DNA of 10,004 nucleotides from a virus: UHGV virus genome UHGV-0134101; one strand, 5' to 3'. Shown piece by piece: positions 6,378 to 10,004 of this stretch (position 1 is its first letter; each line of letters starts with the position of its first letter). The notes under the pieces were generated by a model. It saw only the letters and a program-made list of their open reading frames with translations, ran no database searches and was not told where the DNA came from. The position numbers and the translations under genes were made by a program.

Positions 6378-7154
6378 ATGGTTAAAAAAGACGATTTAAA
6401 AGAAGAATTCTCGAAGAGACTTCGCGCTGCATTGCTTGATGCTGGCGTGGGTGGGCGTGGGCAGGCTGGCAGGATCAGGGAAGCTATGAAGTCCCAAGGG
6501 ATTGCTGTATCTGAGCCCGGGATCTGGAAGTGGCTTAACGCATCAGCAATACCAGACCAAACCAATATCCTTGCACTTAGCCGCTGGCTTGGGGTTCGCC
6601 CTGAGTGGCTGGAATACGGAAGGAATGATCCTGAACCTGAACTGCACAGGGTATCATCCATCCCGCCTGAATCTGAGTGGGGAACTGTCGACGCTTGGGA
6701 CAAAAATACCCCCCTACCTGACGATGAGGTGGAAGTACCGTTTCTGAAGGATATCGAGTTTGCGTGTGGTGATGGACGAGTACACGATGAGGATCACAAT
6801 GGTTTTAAGCTCAGGTTCTCAAAGGCAACCCTCCGCCGCGTTGGAGCTAACACAGATGGGTCTGGCATCCTGTGTTTCCCTGCTACTGGCGACAGCATGG
6901 AACCTGTGATACCGGATGGTACGACTGTAGCCGTCGATACGAACAACAAACGCATAGTTGATGGGAAACTGTATGCCATTGGTCAGACAGATGGCGGGAA
7001 TGGTCAACTCAAGCGCATTAAACAGCTGTATCGTAAGCCAGGTGGGAAGCTGATCATCCGCAGCTACAACAATGAGGCCTACCCTGATGAAGAAGCTGAC
7101 ATTGATGATGTTGAGATAATCGGCCGCCTCTTCTGGTACTCGGTACTGCTGTAG
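6378..7154 (+). CDS. cI: CI-like prophage repressor: N-terminal HTH plus C-terminal S24 (LexA/UmuD-type) autopeptidase domain, 258 aa
   Basis: ORF track 6378..7154. Ser-Lys dyad GDSMEP (Ser173, codon 6894-6896) and LKRIK (Lys212/215). Candidate autocleavage site Cys130-Gly131 (6765-6770), about 43 residues before the Ser. No Shine-Dalgarno upstream of the ATG, consistent with a leaderless transcript. The symbol is a functional analogy. Confidence 0.85.
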   Translation: MVKKDDLKEEFSKRLRAALLDAGVGGRGQAGRIREAMKSQGIAVSEPGIWKWLNASAIPDQTNILALSRWLGVRPEWLEYGRNDPEPELHRVSSIPPESEWGTVDAWDKNTPLPDDEVEVPFLKDIEFACGDGRVHDEDHNGFKLRFSKATLRRVGANTDGSGILCFPATGDSMEPVIPDGTTVAVDTNNKRIVDGKLYAIGQTDGGNGQLKRIKQLYRKPGGKLIIRSYNNEAYPDEEADIDDVEIIGRLFWYSVLL

Positions 7155-7276
7155 ATACAAAGCTGCGGCTGGTCTGATCGGCAAGGTGTTTTGGTCGGCG
7201 TATAGTTGGTGATTGGCTATGATTTGTCATTTCGATGGCGGCAAATCAAGCTAAAGCTTAGAATGAAGGTATGAAA

Positions 7277-7855
7277 ATGATTACAGGAATCGAAGCGCTA
7301 GCTTTACAGGCTACAGATATCCTTGCAGCCTCCAGGGCGGCGCAGCAAATAGTTTCCCCACTTGCCAGAGCTAACTCGAGACTGGCACAGTCTGCCATGC
7401 CTGAAAATCCTGATGAAGTTAAGCACGCCTTAGATCGTGCCTCTATTGCGATTGCAGGTGTAGAGCGCAAATTAGTTGAGTGCAATGAAATAGTTAATTC
7501 ATTAAACACACTTTCTGATGAAGATCTTCATTTCACCAATGAGTTTCTCATTGAATTAAAGGTTAGGGCTGAAATGCTGACTGGGCACATAGAGAATTTA
7601 CGCGATGTGTTTTCTCTAGTTGAAACGTCGAGCGCTTGGAAGCCTTACATGCCATTGGTTTATGAAAAAAAACGCAAAGCAATTCGCTCTGTTTCTGATC
7701 TGCGAAATGCATATCTAAACATTGCTCTCCTGGCAGAGCAATTTGTCTCACCCGTGCCGACCGTAAGCAGTAGTGTTGAGGGTAACTCAGAGGAATTTTC
7801 ATCTGCACTCTCCGCATCACGCCAGCTGCTAAAAATCGGCTCGGAGTGGAGATAA
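7277..7855 (+). CDS. Hypothetical protein A of the post-repressor cassette, about 192 aa, predicted largely helical
   Basis: ORF track 7271..7855; the ATG at 7277 has better Shine-Dalgarno spacing (AAGG 7 nt upstream) than the ATG at 7271. Visibly lower GC than the cI gene. No motif recognised. Confidence 0.65.
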   Translation: MITGIEALALQATDILAASRAAQQIVSPLARANSRLAQSAMPENPDEVKHALDRASIAIAGVERKLVECNEIVNSLNTLSDEDLHFTNEFLIELKVRAEMLTGHIENLRDVFSLVETSSAWKPYMPLVYEKKRKAIRSVSDLRNAYLNIALLAEQFVSPVPTVSSSVEGNSEEFSSALSASRQLLKIGSEWR

Positions 7856-8265
7856 TGGCAAGAGTTAGTATCCATTCATCATTAAATAATTCGGCGTTTA
7901 TACAAGGGCTTGCCAGAGAACTATCTCTTTATCTTAACGGCATCTCTTTATCCGGACGCCTTGGAAGAAATGGCGGCTTTGAACGTAATAATTCAGCGCA
8001 AACATCCGGCATCCTCAAAATCCACTTCAAAGCACCAGGAGAAGGTTTTTGGACTGATGCTATGCGACAATCAACCAGAACGAGCAATAACTACATAGTA
8101 TATGCGCGTCACTGGGATAAGGCTGATGCATTTCAAATCATCGCTGTGATTGCACCAGACGCTCACGAAACGGCTGACGCACTCCTGCCCAGGATTATTG
8201 ATATTACGGAACAAGATTTTCACTCGCTAAGTGAGAGTCAAATAGATCGCCTAGAACATTATTAA
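7855..8265 (+). CDS. Hypothetical protein B of the post-repressor cassette, about 136 aa; C-terminal half shows weak RelE/YoeB-like toxin pattern
   Basis: ORF track 7846..8265 starts at a GTG; the ATG at 7855 overlaps the stop of protein A as TAATG. AT-shifted. The segment GEGFWTDAMRQSTRTSNNYIVYARHWDKADAFQIIAVIAPDAHE and the terminal EHY recall the GFW...RLVYAV...LLIAACRYHY region of YoeB/RelE-family toxins; this is a weak pattern-level impression only. Confidence 0.6.
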   Translation: MARVSIHSSLNNSAFIQGLARELSLYLNGISLSGRLGRNGGFERNNSAQTSGILKIHFKAPGEGFWTDAMRQSTRTSNNYIVYARHWDKADAFQIIAVIAPDAHETADALLPRIIDITEQDFHSLSESQIDRLEHY

Positions 8266-8289
8266 CCCGGCCATCGCGCCGGGTTTTTT
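8266..8289. terminator. Rho-independent terminator ending the cI/cassette operon, shared by convergent transcription units
   Basis: Stem CCCGGC (8266-8271) / GCCGGG (8278-8283) with loop CATCGC, followed by TTTTTT (8284-8289). It sits immediately after the stop at 8265 and 4 bp from the stop of the convergent 8294-8503 gene. Confidence 0.85.
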
Positions 8290-8293
8290 GTGC

Positions 8294-8503
8294 CTACTTC
8301 ACAGCTTTACTACCCTTCCTGACTATCTCCGCCGCATCCCTGTTCACCCCCTTCCCTATCACGTTTCCCGTTTCCTTCCGGTACCGTTCCAGCTTGTCGA
8401 TGATGTTTTGCTGGGTCATAGGTAAATCTGCCAGTGACAACTCCATGACCGCCCGCCCCATGGCGTGAACCATCATGTTCACTCTTTCTTCATCCAAGTC
8501 CAT
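8294..8503 (-). CDS. Small hypothetical protein, 69 aa, convergent with the cI operon
   Basis: ORF track 8294..8503 with a strong AAGGAG Shine-Dalgarno 6 nt upstream of the ATG at 8503. Its promoter must lie in the AT-rich operator region 8504-8650. Confidence 0.6.
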   Translation of the reverse strand: MDLDEERVNMMVHAMGRAVMELSLADLPMTQQNIIDKLERYRKETGNVIGKGVNRDAAEIVRKGSKAVK

Positions 8504-8611
8504 TACCCACTCCTTTTTGATGTTTTTTTCAGCATATCACGTGCCAAGCAAATCCATAACAAAACTAAATTAACCAATAAATCATAACCTTAATAACCAA
8601 CACAGAAATAA

Positions 8612-8654
8612 TTAACCATTGGTTATTGACTGAAAATAACCATTAGTTAATAAT
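8612..8654 (+). promoter_or_regulatory. OL-like operator pair overlapping a strong rightward sigma70-type promoter (pL-like)
   Basis: Two TAAC-N5-GTTA palindromes at 8613-8625 (TAACCATTGGTTA) and 8637-8649 (TAACCATTAGTTA), 24 bp apart, the same half-sites and spacing as the OR pair. -35 TTGACT (8626-8631), 17-bp spacer, -10 AATAAT (8649-8654). Confidence 0.55.
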
Positions 8655-8718
8655 CAATCCATCGAAACGAAACATCGACAGCTGAGCGAAGTTAGCCAGC
8701 GGCGGACAGCAAGTCGCC

Positions 8719-8733
8719 TGCTTCTTTAACAAA
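8719..8733 (+). promoter_or_regulatory. boxA-like motif in the leader downstream of the pL-like promoter
   Basis: TGCTTCTTTAACAAA resembles the rrn/lambdoid boxA core (TGCTCTTTAACAA) with one inserted T. It lies about 60 nt downstream of the predicted start site. Confidence 0.25.
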
Positions 8734-8875
8734 TCAGACTGAGTGACAGGCAAGCCGTAGCTCTCCTGGCAAAAAGAAATGGCACCCGATGGGATCGAGG
8801 TAAGCACTGAGTCCGTATGCGTACGGTAGGTGTAGAGGACCACGCTGCGATGAGCTGATAAGTCACTCAATTTGA

Positions 8876-8897
8876 AGCGCTCCGATGATGGGGCGCT
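8876..8897 (+). other. Stable RNA hairpin in the ORF-free leader region
   Basis: AGCGCTCC-GATGAT-GGGGCGCT, an 8-bp stem with one G-U pair. It is immediately followed by a GAGGAG Shine-Dalgarno and a 3-codon mini-ORF ATG AAG AAC TAA (8923-8934). Confidence 0.35.
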
Positions 8898-9199
8898 GAT
8901 TCAACTTAGAGGAGTGATTCCAATGAAGAACTAAAGCGGACAGACCGCAGCCTAAAGGCAATGCAGCAGTAATGATGCCGCCCTGAGTCGCCGAATGGCG
9001 AGCCTGTGTAGTGATGGGTCAAGGTTCTTATATCAAAACAAGCTCCGGTAAAGCAGCGCGAACGCCAGACGCGCACCGGTTATGAGCGGCGATGAGCGAC
9101 AAGGTCTCAAGGGCATGTGCGCGGCCACTGCGAGAGTGTGGCGAAGTTTACCAGCAGCTCTTTGCGAGGGGCTGACGGTAAACAAAAAGAGGAGTGTGT

Positions 9200-9541
9200 A
9201 TGGCAGATAAAAAAACGGCGCCACTACTGCTTAACGTAGACGCCAGCGAGGTACTTACTCAGACCGGGGAGCTTTTAAAGTTACTTGAACTTCCAGCCAG
9301 TTCCTTTCAGGGAATTCCTGAGCATGTCGTCGATCTGTTTTTTGACCGTGTCCGTGGCCTGATTGACAACATCGTCCTTAGTGATTTCTCGACCACAGTC
9401 AGCACAACTGACGCCGGTGAAATTTGTCTCAAAGTCAAAATCATCGGGCTGGTTGAACATCTCACTTCCGCAGTCAGGGCACACGGTCCGCATGGTTTGC
9501 ATGAATATATCCTTTCTACTGTTGGGGAGATTAAAGAGTAA
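9200..9541 (+). CDS. Hypothetical acidic protein, 113 aa
   Basis: ORF track 9194..9541 starts at a GTG; the ATG at 9200 has a GAGGAG Shine-Dalgarno 5 nt upstream. Orientation matches transcription from the pL-like promoter. An antisense ORF with a Zn-ribbon-like motif overlaps it (see findings). Confidence 0.45.
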   Translation: MADKKTAPLLLNVDASEVLTQTGELLKLLELPASSFQGIPEHVVDLFFDRVRGLIDNIVLSDFSTTVSTTDAGEICLKVKIIGLVEHLTSAVRAHGPHGLHEYILSTVGEIKE

Positions 9542-9727
9542 GCGATTTCTTGCTGTTGGGGAATAGCGGGAAAGCGCGCGCCGGGCGCGGATAAATACCC
9601 CGGCACTAACTGGAATGTTTTGGGCTGGCAGACGGTTATCAGCTAGTTGGTGAGGTAATGGCTCACCAAGGCGACGACGGCCTTCCCTGCTGCTTGAAAG
9701 CGGGGAGCCAGCACCAAAACATTTCTC

Positions 9728-9744
9728 CCGCATCAGCGGGTAAC
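9728..9744 (+). repeat. Copy 1 of a 17-bp hairpin-containing element CCGCATCAGCGGGTAAC preceding a small gene
   Basis: Identical 17-mer at 9728-9744 and 9950-9966. Each contains a CCGC-ATCA-GCGG hairpin and is followed exactly 17 nt later by an ATG (9761 and 9983). Confidence 0.6.
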
Positions 9745-9760
9745 TAAGTGGAGAGTACGT

Positions 9761-9949
9761 ATGCACAAGTGTCAATTCTGTGGGTACTTTCTGGCATCTG
9801 AAGAGATGCAGAGAATATCTGTAAACATGGTTGGCAGGCCTTACAACATCTGCATTCCATGCTCAGAAAAGTACAAAAAGAAAGGCCTGTGGGATTCGGC
9901 AAAAAACGATATCGACTGGAAATCACTTCCATGCGTCGATGAGACATAA
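9761..9949 (+). CDS. Small putative zinc-ribbon protein, 62 aa (CQFCG...CIPCSE)
   Basis: ORF track 9761..9949 with a GGAGAG Shine-Dalgarno 8 nt upstream. Two CxxC pairs. The stop TAA abuts the second copy of the 17-bp element. Confidence 0.5.
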   Translation: MHKCQFCGYFLASEEMQRISVNMVGRPYNICIPCSEKYKKKGLWDSAKNDIDWKSLPCVDET

Positions 9950-9966
9950 CCGCATCAGCGGGTAAC
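9950..9966 (+). repeat. Copy 2 of the 17-bp hairpin-containing element CCGCATCAGCGGGTAAC
   Basis: Exact repeat of 9728-9744, 222 bp downstream, with the same 17-nt distance to the next ATG (9983). Confidence 0.6.
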
Positions 9967-9982
9967 GACAGAGGGTAAGTCA

Positions 9983-10004
9983 ATGATTCGTCTTAACAAC
10001 GAAA
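9983..10004 (+). CDS. 5' end of a further rightward gene (MIRLNNE...), truncated by the window edge
   Basis: ATG at 9983 preceded by an AGAGGG Shine-Dalgarno and the repeated 17-bp element; only 7 codons are visible. Confidence 0.3.

Noticed and set aside
6371-7184. Minus-strand ORFs antisense to the cI gene (6371..6703, 6794..6979, 6819..7184)
   Set aside because: They overlap the well-supported S24 repressor CDS on the opposite strand and have no start-site support.
7258-7875. Minus-strand ORFs inside the two-gene cassette (7258..7509, 7563..7820, 7660..7875)
   Set aside because: Antisense to the coupled + strand genes that terminate at a strong terminator; no ribosome-binding sites.
8643-9224. 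Minus-strand ORFs 8643..8870 and 9033..9224 in the ORF-poor region
   Set aside because: The first ends inside the operator/promoter sequence and neither has a convincing Shine-Dalgarno; they are opposite to the expected direction of transcription from the pL-like promoter. The region is treated as non-coding or decayed.
9574-9590. Intrinsic terminator after the 9200-9541 gene
   Set aside because: GC-rich palindromic sequence, but the stem geometry is poor and there is no following U-tract.
9503-9775. N-terminal 91 residues of the 164-aa minus-strand ORF 9281..9775
   Set aside because: It extends across the intergenic hairpins and the 17-bp repeat with no start codon support. Only the portion from the ATG at 9502 is a candidate, and even that is questionable.
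1-10004. CRISPR arrays, tRNA or rRNA genes, insertion-sequence inverted repeats, integrase or attachment sites
   Set aside because: No regularly spaced direct repeats with unique spacers, no tRNA-like cloverleaf motifs, no transposase-like ORF and no integrase were found in this window. The only repeat families are the iterons, the operator half-sites and the 17-bp element.

Overview
This window reads as the immunity and early/replication region of a lambdoid (Rac/YdaS-YdaT-like) enterobacterial prophage. A divergent operator/promoter region (6294-6377) separates a leftward early operon from a rightward CI-like repressor gene. The leftward operon (minus strand) runs Cro-like HTH protein, CII/YdaT-like protein, lambda-O-like initiator with an embedded iteron origin, DnaC-like helicase loader, then a string of translationally coupled accessory genes. 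The rightward CI-like gene (6378-7154) carries an S24 LexA-type autopeptidase domain and is followed by two AT-shifted genes of unknown function (7277-8265) ending at a clear intrinsic terminator. That two-gene cassette occupies the slot that rexA/rexB hold in lambda and is the best candidate here for an undescribed prophage-encoded defence or toxin-like module. A second operator pair with the same half-sites and the same 24-bp spacing (8613-8649) overlaps a strong rightward promoter, followed by about 540 bp with no convincing ORF, then small rightward genes preceded by a repeated 17-bp hairpin element. All functional calls rest on motif recognition and gene order read from the sequence; no database search was run.
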